Source: a virus
Taxonomy: Duplodnaviria > Caudoviricetes
IMG/VR virus record: IMGVR_UViG_3300037150_000108
Location: 1 to 58,737 of that record
DNA length: 58,737 nt
Direction: 5' to 3' (one strand)
Shown here: positions 36,522-46,900 of the stretch, one piece after another
Numbering within the stretch: position 1 is the first letter of the stretch
Layout of the letters: every line of letters begins with the position of its first letter
Program-made: the position numbers and the translations under genes
The notes under the pieces: model-generated
What the model was told of the DNA's origin: nothing
The model's database searches: none
Seen by the model: only the letters and a program-made list of their open reading frames with translations

Positions 36522-38222
36522 ATGGCAGGTACCGCAACGCCCGTAGCAGCAGCAGCGCCCGCACCTTCCGCCCCAGCGCCTAGCGCACCAGTTAGCGCCC
36601 CCTCAAGTACACCGGTCTCGACTCCAGCGCCAGTTTCCACGCCGGAAGCGCCTGCGGCACCGGTCTCTACCCCTGCCGAGGCGCCAGCGAGCGCACCTGC
36701 GGCACCCTACGACCCCAAAACCGCCCCCGCACCTCCGAAAAACACCGACTACCCCAACACTACCGAGGGGCAGGGCAAGTTTGCGACGGAGATGAACCGC
36801 TGGTACGCAGAGCACCCGGAAGGCGTTGCGAAGCCCGATGCAACCGTCCCACCCGCCGAGCAGACGCCGGAGCAGAAAGCATTAGCCGAGGCCGCGCCGC
36901 CAGAAGCCGCCAAGCCTGCCGCGCCCGAGGTTGCCGCTACCCCGCAGCAGCTTGCCGAGATGATGGGCAAGAACCCAGCTTTCAAAGACTTCATGGAGGC
37001 CAACCCGGACGTCAAGGGTCCAGTCTTCCAGATGGCGCGCGAGCTCGCCGCGGCCAAGCCGATTGCAGCGATGTTCCCCTCGGTCGAGGATGCAACGTTC
37101 GCGCAGGAGTATTCGAGTGCGATGGTGGGGCTCAAGACTGCCTCGATGCGCCTGATTGACAACCCTGACGGAGCCAGCGGATTCCTTGAGACGTTTGACT
37201 CGCAGTTTCAACAGGTTGGTGCGGACGGTAAGCCGGTCCTCGATGCTCAGGGCACGCCGGTGTACGACGCAGACCGTGACGCGGTGCGCGGCGCCATCTT
37301 CAACTCGGAAGTCCAGCAGTTTACGCAGCGTTTTACGAGCGAGATCGATGGGCTCAAGACCAAGTTGGCCGGCGCGTACCCCTCAGACTTTGCGCGCGCA
37401 CAGGACCAGGAGCGTTTAGGCAACCTCGAATACGCTCAGACCGCCCTCGAAGTGCTGGAATCCGTCCGCGATGGTAGTTTCTTCGAGTCAGCGCCGCCCG
37501 CGCCGGCAGCCGATGCGACTCCCGAGCAGAAGCAGTGGTTCGAGCAGGAAACTGCCAAACTAAAGGCTCAGCGCGATGAACTGGACGCGAGCAAGAAAGG
37601 CGCTTCGAAGGAGGCTCGCGCTGCGGCATCGCAGAAGTTCCAGACCTCCGTGCGCAATGAGATGGGTGCTTCGGTTGGCGTAATACTGGGGAATACGCTG
37701 CAGCAGATACTTGACTCTGGTGTTTACATTCCACAGGCAAACCTCGATGAGAAGTGGATTGATCTAGAAACACGGCAATCGACGAATACGGCATACATTG
37801 CGGGTAAGATATTCACCCAATTCGAGGAAAAGCTCAAGGCGCCTGGTTCGCGCACTCTGATGGAGATAGCGCAGCATGAACTTCTGCCGCAGAATGAACA
37901 AACTAGGGAGATTAGAAAGAACTGGTATGCGCGCAAAGCGGCTGAGATGATCCCCGATTTGCTCAACGCAGAGGTAGATCTAATTACGAGTAGGGTAAAG
38001 TTAGACCAGAAGACATTGGCGGAACGGGATGCCAAGCGTCGAGAGGTAGCCCAGCCAGAGCCGAGCACCGGAGGCAGCAGTCTACCGGGCAACGCGAGTC
38101 GGGAGCAGATTTTGCAGGCAGCAGAAGAGGCAGCGAAGAAGGATCCGGGCTTTGCAGCAGCAAACCCGACCGAGAAGCAGGCAAGGATTCTGACGCAGGT
38201 TCATCGGATGCAGAAGAAGTAG
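36522..38222 (+). CDS. Capsid scaffolding protein
   Basis: Pro/Ala-rich N-terminus, coiled-coil body, directly upstream of major capsid; SD AAGGAG. Confidence 0.65.
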   Translation: MAGTATPVAAAAPAPSAPAPSAPVSAPSSTPVSTPAPVSTPEAPAAPVSTPAEAPASAPAAPYDPKTAPAPPKNTDYPNTTEGQGKFATEMNRWYAEHPEGVAKPDATVPPAEQTPEQKALAEAAPPEAAKPAAPEVAATPQQLAEMMGKNPAFKDFMEANPDVKGPVFQMARELAAAKPIAAMFPSVEDATFAQEYSSAMVGLKTASMRLIDNPDGASGFLETFDSQFQQVGADGKPVLDAQGTPVYDADRDAVRGAIFNSEVQQFTQRFTSEIDGLKTKLAGAYPSDFARAQDQERLGNLEYAQTALEVLESVRDGSFFESAPPAPAADATPEQKQWFEQETAKLKAQRDELDASKKGASKEARAAASQKFQTSVRNEMGASVGVILGNTLQQILDSGVYIPQANLDEKWIDLETRQSTNTAYIAGKIFTQFEEKLKAPGSRTLMEIAQHELLPQNEQTREIRKNWYARKAAEMIPDLLNAEVDLITSRVKLDQKTLAERDAKRREVAQPEPSTGGSSLPGNASREQILQAAEEAAKKDPGFAAANPTEKQARILTQVHRMQKK

Positions 38223-38423
38223 GGAACTGGAATCGCTCAATTTGCGCAGCACGCGTGACAGTAGCCCCCCGGTCGCAGGGGAATAGCGCAATAGATTGAG
38301 GATGTTCTCGTTGGCAGGGCAATGGTAAGGCTCGCAAGATGCCGTTTGTGCAAAGTGCATAAGCGCACCCAGAACTAAAGCCAAACCCCCCAGCGCTTCG
38401 GCGCTCGCCAAGGAGCATCTCTC

Positions 38424-39728
38424 ATGGCCATTCAGGATTACGGCACTGCCGCTGCGCAGGTGCCTCTCGATTTGCAGGTGGTTCAGCGTGATATTGAGCT
38501 GACCCAAAACATGGACTCCCTTCTGGAACAACAGTTTGGAGTCGAACAAGGCTCTGACGCCTCTCTGCAGGAATACCGGCATGGAATTCAGTTCTCCATC
38601 GGCGGTCACTCTGGAGGCTGGCAGCCGGACGGTGGTTCGCTCCCCAAGGGCATCGGGCCCGGCTACTCGCAGTTCATCATTGCGCCGATTCCGGTCATCT
38701 CTGCCTGGACTGCGACGCAACTGATGAAGTGGATTGCCGAAGGCGGCAAGGACATCTCCGCTGTCGATCCGGTTGCCCGCATGGTCTCAGACGCCAAGAC
38801 CAAGCACGCCCACTCCCGCGACACCTACCTCCAGGGCTACAACAACGGCATCGTCGGCACCGTGGACGCCAGCTACGCGGGCGGCAACATCGTCCAGATG
38901 GCGAATATCTCCTTCGGCGCCCGCCTGCTCGACGCAAACGAGAAGTACGCTGTCACCGACGCGAACCTGAACATTATCGACACGGTATACGTGACCGACA
39001 AGTTCTCGACCTCGATCGGAGCCGGCGACACGGCAACCCTCGATCACACCCCGGTCGGCCTCGCGTCCGGCTACAACTTCATCCCCACCGGCGTTACTTC
39101 GGGTACTCCGCTCTGGGTGCAGGGCCTCGAATACATCGTTGATCCCTCGAACACTGGCGACTACGACGGCGTTGACCGTTCACTGTCGTGGGTGCAGGCC
39201 CCGGCGCTGAACGCCACCAACGGCACCTTGACCCTCGGAACCATTTCGATCTTCAAGGCACGCCAGCAGCAGGCGCTGGGCACGGCAAGCTGGATGGACG
39301 GTGGCGACGACTGCTTCTGGTACACCCACCTCGCGCAGGCAACCTCTGCCGAGACCCTTGGGTTTGCCAAGAGCACGTACTTCCTGATGAACGGCAAGAA
39401 CGCCAACTACGACATCGGGCCGAAGGGCACCGATGAGTGGATGATTTCCGGCCGGAAGGTCATCACCGAATCGACTGCGGCGATTGACAAGCTGTACTCG
39501 ATGCGGAAGTCGGGCCTGCGTGCAGTGCGTTACCCCGGCAGCCAGAAGTTCCTCCCGTTTGCGGGTGGGAGCACACTCTGGTGGCCGCGGACGGACGGCA
39601 CCGGCAACTGGTTGAGCGAGTTCGACATGTACTACCAGGACTCGTCCAACTACTACGGCAAACTGCCTTGGTGGAACGGTGTCATCACCACGCTTGGCAT
39701 CAACGCTGCGTTTGCTGACGCGGTCTAG
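38424..39728 (+). CDS. Major capsid protein (HK97 fold inferred)
   Basis: 434 aa after scaffold; strong C-ending codon bias; SD AAGGAG; GLEYIVD..NTG.YDGVDRS motif; hairpin after stop. Confidence 0.75.
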   Translation: MAIQDYGTAAAQVPLDLQVVQRDIELTQNMDSLLEQQFGVEQGSDASLQEYRHGIQFSIGGHSGGWQPDGGSLPKGIGPGYSQFIIAPIPVISAWTATQLMKWIAEGGKDISAVDPVARMVSDAKTKHAHSRDTYLQGYNNGIVGTVDASYAGGNIVQMANISFGARLLDANEKYAVTDANLNIIDTVYVTDKFSTSIGAGDTATLDHTPVGLASGYNFIPTGVTSGTPLWVQGLEYIVDPSNTGDYDGVDRSLSWVQAPALNATNGTLTLGTISIFKARQQQALGTASWMDGGDDCFWYTHLAQATSAETLGFAKSTYFLMNGKNANYDIGPKGTDEWMISGRKVITESTAAIDKLYSMRKSGLRAVRYPGSQKFLPFAGGSTLWWPRTDGTGNWLSEFDMYYQDSSNYYGKLPWWNGVITTLGINAAFADAV

Positions 39729-39734
39729 TTCGAC

Positions 39735-39767
39735 GGCATGGGGCTGGCCTTCGGGCTGGCCCCTGCC
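39735..39767 (+). terminator. UUCG-tetraloop hairpin after capsid gene
   Basis: GGGGCTGGCC-TTCG-GGCTGGCCCC. Confidence 0.55.
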
Positions 39768-39794
39768 TAATTTGCAGGGCAAAGGAGCAGGACA

Positions 39795-40016
39795 ATGCCA
39801 GTCACCCGAGAGAATGTAACTGACGTATTCAGCTATCACGCACCGGACGCCGATCAACTCGTTGCATACGAGAAGCTCCGCACCGAAGCGCGGCAGTTCG
39901 CCAAGGCCATCATTGAGTTGGTTCCGGTTTGTGCCGACCAACAGGCTGCACTCCGGCATGTGCGCGAAGCCGTAATGACAGCAAACGCCGCAATTGCCCT
40001 CAAGGGCTCAATCTAG
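39795..40016 (+). CDS. Acb2/Tad1-like helical hairpin protein (putative nucleotide-signal sponge)
   Basis: FSYHAP...YEKLR...FA..I...P...AALRHVREAVMTANAAIA family pattern; SD AAGGAG. Confidence 0.65.
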   Translation: MPVTRENVTDVFSYHAPDADQLVAYEKLRTEARQFAKAIIELVPVCADQQAALRHVREAVMTANAAIALKGSI

Positions 40017-40022
40017 CGACCT

Positions 40023-40700
40023 ATGAATTTACATAGCCTCCCAACCCGCGACACTCCCCGGCAACTTACGGCGGAACTGACTCGGTACGGGGGGCTGAAT
40101 CCTTTTGGAGGGCCTCACTTCCGCGTGGTGCTGGCGCAGAACGTCAAGGAGCAGACCTTCGGCACCATGCGCAATATGCCAGTCTTGCAGGCAGATGCGG
40201 TAGACGACTGCCCCGAGGTTGAGCCTGAGTCTTTCGCATCTGGCGAGCTCTGGGTGCCGCGCTACAACGAGGAGGGATGGATACTCGAACGCTGGTTCCC
40301 GGCGCATGCATGGGGCACGCAGGCGGAGTGGGAGCAGGAAACCTCGCAGGATGGCGTGACTAGGCTCAAGGGCCAGTACCCGCGGCATGGCGACTACTTC
40401 ATGGTGAACGAGTTCTTCCACAAGTCACAGCAGCCTACCGACTTCTGGAAGGCATGCATCCAGGAATGCCTGCGGTCGCAGGAAGCGATGCCGGGTGATC
40501 CGGCAACCATCCTGAGCAGGAACCTTTACATGCACAGAATCAAGCAGGAGCAGCGTGAGGACGACTACCGCGAAGAGGTCAACCGGCTGCATAGGTCGGT
40601 TGTGGATCCGATGCTGGCAACCATCGGGCGCACGGCACAGTGTTTGCGGGACCAGATCAGAAGTGAGCAGGGTTTTGATTTCCACGTAGCAGCAGGATAA
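40023..40700 (+). CDS. Conserved-looking phage morphogenesis-region protein
   Basis: YGGLNPFGGPHFRVV...PRY...WILERW...YPRHGDY. Confidence 0.6.
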   Translation: MNLHSLPTRDTPRQLTAELTRYGGLNPFGGPHFRVVLAQNVKEQTFGTMRNMPVLQADAVDDCPEVEPESFASGELWVPRYNEEGWILERWFPAHAWGTQAEWEQETSQDGVTRLKGQYPRHGDYFMVNEFFHKSQQPTDFWKACIQECLRSQEAMPGDPATILSRNLYMHRIKQEQREDDYREEVNRLHRSVVDPMLATIGRTAQCLRDQIRSEQGFDFHVAAG

Positions 40701-40724
40701 ATCGCAGCACAAGGGAGAATTGGC

Positions 40725-41906
40725 ATGGCCACAGCAGTGCAAGTACCTTCAGGCATCGGCAACGCGGAGATTGGTGAGGCGCAACGTCTGTTCGCAGAGC
40801 AGGCAGAGGCGAAGTGTCTCGAAGCAATAGAGAATAGGCAGAGCACGCCCTTCACCATCATCAACTTCAATCCAGTGCCTTTGGGGCTGCAAGGCGTGCT
40901 GAAGCAGTACAAAGTCTGGACCCCGGACGACGGCAAGCTGCCTGAGAACGTCTTTCGCGTCGAGCTTGAGTACGACGGCAAGACGCGCCGCGGCCATGTT
41001 CTGACCATCCGTGAGCCGAAGAAAGACGGCAAGATGATCGGCGCGACCGGCACCGGAAACGCCGGCGAAGTCATCCCGCAGCGTGAACCCAAGCTCTACA
41101 TGCCGCGAGAGATTGCCTATTCATTTATGGAGCACTTCTCTCCCGTCTTTACGGCCAATCCTGGGACCATCCTTCCCCCAGCTCCGAAGGATGCACGCAA
41201 GATATTTGGCGTGCTGGTATTTGAGGGCGACATTCACACCTTTGAGAACCTGATGGCCGAGCAAGACCCGGACAAGCAAATCATCAACGTGCCTGTCTGC
41301 CACATCTCAACAGTCGGCAAGACCAGCATCAAGAGCTTCAGGACAGTAGATTTCCGGCTGGATGAGTACCTGCGGCAGATGTTCGCCGGCCAGCGCAAGT
41401 TTGCTGATGCGACGGTCGCGCGCGCCCAGCAGAAGTGGTCGGAGACGCAGACGATTGCCGACATTTCCGACTCCGATCGCGTCTGGTATCGCTGGATGAT
41501 CGACTTAGGCTATGCGCAGAAGCCGAAGCCTGGGGAGAAGACCTGGCTGAACGAGTATCTCGTTCTGAACGAGGAAGAGAAGCCAAACGCCAACCTGCGT
41601 AAGTGCCAAGCCTGCAAGGCGGTTGAGCCGGAGGAGAACACGCCATTCTGCCCACGCTGTAACGCTCCGGTGGACATCTTCCACACGTTCATGATCTTGG
41701 GCAAGCCTGTGGCGGAGATGTGGCTGCAATCACTCAAAGGTGACGAGCGCGAGACCGTCATCACCGAGATGCGCCTGCGCAAGCAGGGCTTTGGCGAGGA
41801 ACCGGAGGCACCGAAGGCGCGCGGCAGCTACAAAGGCCGTGGCAAGCTCGACCCCACGCAGGAGATACCGGCAGCAGACTCGGTTACGCTTCCAGGCGAG
41901 GAGTAA
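40725..41906 (+). CDS. Hypothetical protein with C-terminal Zn ribbon; paralog of 42684..43460
   Basis: CQAC...CPRC; N-terminal similarity to 42684 ORF. Confidence 0.6.
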   Translation: MATAVQVPSGIGNAEIGEAQRLFAEQAEAKCLEAIENRQSTPFTIINFNPVPLGLQGVLKQYKVWTPDDGKLPENVFRVELEYDGKTRRGHVLTIREPKKDGKMIGATGTGNAGEVIPQREPKLYMPREIAYSFMEHFSPVFTANPGTILPPAPKDARKIFGVLVFEGDIHTFENLMAEQDPDKQIINVPVCHISTVGKTSIKSFRTVDFRLDEYLRQMFAGQRKFADATVARAQQKWSETQTIADISDSDRVWYRWMIDLGYAQKPKPGEKTWLNEYLVLNEEEKPNANLRKCQACKAVEPEENTPFCPRCNAPVDIFHTFMILGKPVAEMWLQSLKGDERETVITEMRLRKQGFGEEPEAPKARGSYKGRGKLDPTQEIPAADSVTLPGEE

Positions 41907-41909
41907 GCC

Positions 41910-42647
41910 ATCAATACTTATTTTGACGTGAAGCAGACCGTGCGTTCGCTCATTGGAGACGATGATCCGAACGGCTGGCTCAAGGAAAGCTACCTTGGGC
42001 CTAAGGTCAACTTCGCGTATCGAAGGCAGACGCTTTACATCAAGCGTGCAACCGGCTCGAACCTTGAGAAGATGGTCGAGATCCCCGCGGCGGTCGATCA
42101 GAACTCTCTGCCAACTACGCAGGGGCTGACATCTCTGGCAGTCTTTCAGCAGCCTGGGAACCTGCTTGACGGGCTGTACGAGCCGCTGTACCTGTGGTGG
42201 AAGCCTTCAGGCGCACCAGAGACGTGGTATCGGCTCATCACCGAGAGGAAGACCATCCTTCCCGGCCAGCCGTTGCTGGGGCAGCCAGTTACCTCAACCT
42301 GGTGGGGTTCGGGCATGGGCTGGTGCTGGCGCGGCAACCAGCTATTCGTGACGCCGATCAGCTTCCCGGTGGATTTCCTCGTCGACGGTCGCTTCAACCC
42401 TCCGGCGCTGACGAAAGACGCGGACGTGCTGGTTGTCGACCCCGACATGGAGATATGCGTCACGATGGGCACGATCCCTCTGATCGGGCTTGAATCCGGC
42501 AATGCCGGATATGCCGCAGCTATTTCAGAGTGCGAGGCCTGCGCCGATGACATTGTGGCAAAGATCGTGCGCGGCAAGCAGGGGCAGACGGCGCGCGCCG
42601 GAAGTAATGGTCGCAGGGCTGCAGGATGTGGCTGGTTCTGGACGTAG
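41910..42647 (+). CDS. Head-to-tail adaptor (tail tubular protein A-like); start probably ATC 41910
   Basis: Position and size; NTYFDVKQTVRSLIGD N-terminus; W.WRGNQLFVTP motif. Confidence 0.55.
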   Translation: MNTYFDVKQTVRSLIGDDDPNGWLKESYLGPKVNFAYRRQTLYIKRATGSNLEKMVEIPAAVDQNSLPTTQGLTSLAVFQQPGNLLDGLYEPLYLWWKPSGAPETWYRLITERKTILPGQPLLGQPVTSTWWGSGMGWCWRGNQLFVTPISFPVDFLVDGRFNPPALTKDADVLVVDPDMEICVTMGTIPLIGLESGNAGYAAAISECEACADDIVAKIVRGKQGQTARAGSNGRRAAGCGWFWT

Positions 42648-42683
42648 CCATATACTGGATCGGCAGGGCAAAGGAGCCTCACA

Positions 42684-43460
42684 ATGGCAGTGCAACGGAT
42701 AGGGCAAGTGCGTCGTCTTGCGAGACGACTGGCGGCATGGCTGGACCCTTACACGCAGGAACTACTCGCAGAAGAGAATCGCAGGCGCCGGTTCGCAGAA
42801 GATCAGTTGAGTCTGCGAGGACGTAACAAATTAGAGCACGAGAATTTCCGCTTCAATTTGGAAGTTGAGTCTGAGAAGGGTGGCCCGAGATGCCCAGAGT
42901 TTACCGTGCTCAACTTCACTACCTTCGATTTGCGCATGGATGGACTTCTCAAGCGGTACTCTCTGCCACATGGAAGCGAAAAGTCATTTACTTTCAACGA
43001 CCATGTTTATTTAGCTTCTGTCTTGCGACTGAGAGAACCTCTCATCTACGGGAAGAACGTCGGGGCATTTCAGTGGGGATCGAGCCAGGGCGAGGCTGGC
43101 GCTTATCGGATGGCCGTGACTGTCACCCAAGCGCAGATCGCGGCGGCAATACTGGAGAAATTCAACCAGCGCCCAGTGTGCGGTGCCTTCTGTCTCCCGA
43201 AGGATGCGCGCGAACTTCCCGGCGTCATCGCGTTCATGGGCTCCCCCGACAAACTGCAATACGCTTTGGACTCTGGAGCATTACTTCAGATTCCAGTCAA
43301 GAGCAAGTATCTGCGCGGCAGCGTCGAGATCATGGAAGTGCTTGCGACAGAATACTTCGCGTATCAGATGGCCAATCGCGGCAAGTTGGACGAGGTTGCG
43401 ACGCAGATTCAGACGGAAGATAAGAGGATTGCCGAAGGACGTAAAAACCGGTTGGGCTAA
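42684..43460 (+). CDS. Hypothetical protein, paralog of 40725..41906
   Basis: SD AAGGAG; FTVLNF...GLLKRY...VLRLREP..GKNVGA. Confidence 0.6.
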   Translation: MAVQRIGQVRRLARRLAAWLDPYTQELLAEENRRRRFAEDQLSLRGRNKLEHENFRFNLEVESEKGGPRCPEFTVLNFTTFDLRMDGLLKRYSLPHGSEKSFTFNDHVYLASVLRLREPLIYGKNVGAFQWGSSQGEAGAYRMAVTVTQAQIAAAILEKFNQRPVCGAFCLPKDARELPGVIAFMGSPDKLQYALDSGALLQIPVKSKYLRGSVEIMEVLATEYFAYQMANRGKLDEVATQIQTEDKRIAEGRKNRLG

Positions 43461-43481
43461 ACTTTCAACAAGGAGATTTCA

Positions 43482-43850
43482 ATGCCAAACGCACTAACTC
43501 TGGTCCAAACCTCGCCGGCCTCGAACCCGGACAAGAACACCGTATCCTGCGCGGTCACTGGGGCTTATACCTCGGGAACCCCTGACCCCTTGCCGCTGGC
43601 GGCGATTGCCGATCCTCAGGAGTTGGTGCAGGTTCCGATGAATACGACTCCGCCCGTCACGCCGCGCTGGTTCGGGTTTTGTGCCGGGTACTATGCCCAG
43701 GTGCAGCGCAGCGTAAGCGCTGGTGTAACCTCCTTCGGCCTCAGATGGTTTGCCGCAGAGGGCAGCGAGCTCGCGTCGGCCAATTTCCCCGCTGCGATCC
43801 TCAATGGGGAAAGCTTCATCGAAATCCTCTGCCAAACCACTCAGCAGTGA
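43482..43850 (+). CDS. Small virion structural protein
   Basis: SD AAGGAG; beta-rich; GAYTSG.PDPL and ELASANFPA motifs. Confidence 0.55.
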   Translation: MPNALTLVQTSPASNPDKNTVSCAVTGAYTSGTPDPLPLAAIADPQELVQVPMNTTPPVTPRWFGFCAGYYAQVQRSVSAGVTSFGLRWFAAEGSELASANFPAAILNGESFIEILCQTTQQ

Positions 43851-43969
43851 TTCGCCGGAATAAATATCGGCTGGAATGGGTGTTTGCTCGGCGTGCTTAC
43901 CAAGCATTCATTTTCCGATCCCACTACGAAGCTCTTCAAAAGTATGGGACCAGCTTCTAAGAGGCTTAG

Positions 43970-46900
43970 ATGCCAACATGGGCCGGGACACCCGTACCTA
44001 TTGGAAGGATGCTCGGGCAGGTGGATCAGGACGACCCCACCAACCTGCCCGTAGGCTGCGCGGCGGTGTGCCGGAACGTGGACTTCACCAGAGACGCTAC
44101 CGGCGCGGGACTAAGCGCAACCACGCGGGCGGGCAACTCGCTTATTATTCAGGGAGTAAAGTCGCCCGGAACAGGGCTGATTGACTTCCAGTATGAGCCT
44201 GAGTCGGCAGATGATCCATTCTTTCAGCAGATACTCAGGTTCTCCATCACAGGAACCCTCGAACGTGAGTATCCAGTGGGAACAGGCCGGATGCAACCGG
44301 TTCCGGCAGGCATGTTCGTCCCTCCCACACAGAGTCACAAGATCGATGCACAGACGGCCAATCTGGTCTTTTCGTCCTATTCAGACCTGAAACGATCCAC
44401 CGCAGGGTGCTCAGGATACAACCCCAAGACTTTGAACCTCGATCCCTTGGGCATGAAGCCCTATGGGTGGAACTGGGCTCCGGCAACGTATGTCTATGCG
44501 GGCGAGGTGGCAACTCCTTCCATCTCAAACTCTGGACAGCAAGGCAACGGACACACCTACCAGGCGCAGAACTCAGGCTGGACAGCGACAACAGCCCCAG
44601 GTGAACCCGTTTGGCCTCTGACCGAGGGTGGAACGATCCTCGAGGCACCGGTGAAGGCAGGGCAGACCCCGGTTGAGTGGAAAGAGTTGACGATGGTGAT
44701 TGCAAATCGTCTTCCACAACCCGATGCCCCCGCACTTGCACTGGTCTCCGGAGGCTCTTTCCCGGCAAACCGGACAGTCTCAATCCTCCTGACCTTCACT
44801 AATGGCATGGGCGAGACCATCGCCGGGGCTACAGCGACAGTTACAACGACCGGCGCAGGGCAGGCGGTAGACGTCACTATCCCGACTTTGGCGTCTCTGG
44901 CTGGGTGGCTCTCGCAACTCGTTCCCCCGTACTCAATTCTGGGCATGAACGTTTATGAGGCTGACGTGCCTTTCGGCAATCCAGCGCCGGCGCAGTCGTC
45001 GTTCGAGCTGGTTGGGAGCTTCGCACTTGGATCCACCGCAACCGTGACGGCTACAGCAACCGGAGTGGCACCGCCAACCCTCAACAGCGCGCGCATTACT
45101 CCCGGGCAACTGCCTGCGCCGATCGTCGAGCCTGTGCTGACGCGCATCTCGGCAGGGAGCACAGTCGCCCCTCCAGGTGCTCCAGGGCTTTCCCTGCTTG
45201 GCTCTGGCGGTGCATGGCTCTACGCCCCAACCTTCCCGATCAACGTCTTTGTTTTGCTGACGCTAACCAACTCCTACGGAGAAACGACTCCAGGGGCTAT
45301 TTCCTCGATCGCAGTACCCGGGTCAGTCAATTCGGTTGAGGTTTCTCTGGCGGCGAGCTACGGGCCCACAGTAACAGGCGTGAACGTCTATGCTGCAGCA
45401 GTCGAGCCGACTGTAGGCATCCCGCTGACCAGCCAGTTCTACCTGGTAGGCAGCTTTGCGCTTGGGTCAACACCGGTTATCACCTTCGTCGACAACACGC
45501 ATGCAGTCCCTCCGCTGGTCAACACCGCAACCCTCCCGGTTGGAGCTTTTCCCGGTGGGCGAGACATTTGGGTGCGTCTGAGCTATTCGAACAACTTGGG
45601 CGAAACTCCGGTTGGGCCTTCAAACTCTATCCTCAACACGATCGCCAACGATGCGGTTCTGGTCACGCTCTCAGGAGTGGATACGCTTCCCCAGCTTGCG
45701 ACCATCAACGTGTACGAGGCTGACGTTGCCACCGGAGCTGTCGAACCCCCGATAAATGCCTATGCGCTGTTGGGGTCTTTTCCTGTAACTGCCTTGGTTT
45801 TCATCCTGCAAACGGCAGACGGCAAAGGCCCGGTCACGGTGAACGGTACTGGGCCTGGGGGGAATATCGCCGCCGACACCGCCGATGGAGGAATCAATGC
45901 GACTCAGGGCTATCGCTACGCTGTCCCAGCATGGATGAACCGCAACGAGACGGTTTCAGGCTTCACGCCCGCAGCCGCTTCGAAGTACATCGTGGACGAG
46001 GATGGTTGGGAGATTGCCGTCTTCAACGTGCCTATAGGGCCGCAAAACGTCATTGGCAGGCTGATCAACTGGACAGTAGCCGATGGAACCATCGATGGGC
46101 CATTCGCGTGGGTCGGGCAGGTCAACCTGCAGATTCCTTCAGTCGATCAGGTCTATCCCAACTCGTTTCTGTCAGATGGCATCACCATCATCCCAACCGT
46201 CTTCCTCGACAACATCACCACGCATGGCACATTCAACTTTACTGACGAGTTTCTGACGGGGAGCCTTTCGGTTGCGGCCGGAGGCAATAACACGACTGAC
46301 AGACTGACTTTGGGACCTCCTCCGCAGTCGGTGCGCATCGACTACTCAGTTACGGCAGATGCTTTGATCCATGCAGGAGTGGCTGGCTGGACCTCAGGGC
46401 TGGTAATTTCTCTGCGGGGCGACTATGAGAGCTACGACGCTTCAGGCAGCTACCTCCCCATCAGGACAAATTCAGGAGAGGTTTGCTGGGGCATCGTCGA
46501 GTATCGCAACCAAATTTACGCAATGCGCGAGCGGTCGGGGATGGTTGTTGTTCCAGGCACAGGCATGCCAAGCACGTGGGATGTGGTCGCGCGCTGGTCC
46601 GCAGCCAAGGGCAATGGCGTAGGTCCGTGCGGGCCTCGAGCTTTCGACTGCAATGGGCAGTTCATCATCTTTGTGCATCGGTCAGGACTCTACAAATACG
46701 ATGGCGAGAACGCTCCAGACCTGATGAGCAAAGAGATACCGCGGCAGTGGGGTTCAATAAACTGGGCAGCCGCAACCACCATCTGCGTATCGATCGACGA
46801 TGACACGCACACGGTAAGGCTTCAGGTCCCCACCGGCCAGAGCACCGTCCCGAATCAGGAGTTTTGCCTGTCGTATCTCGAGGGCTGGCTGAATCCAATT

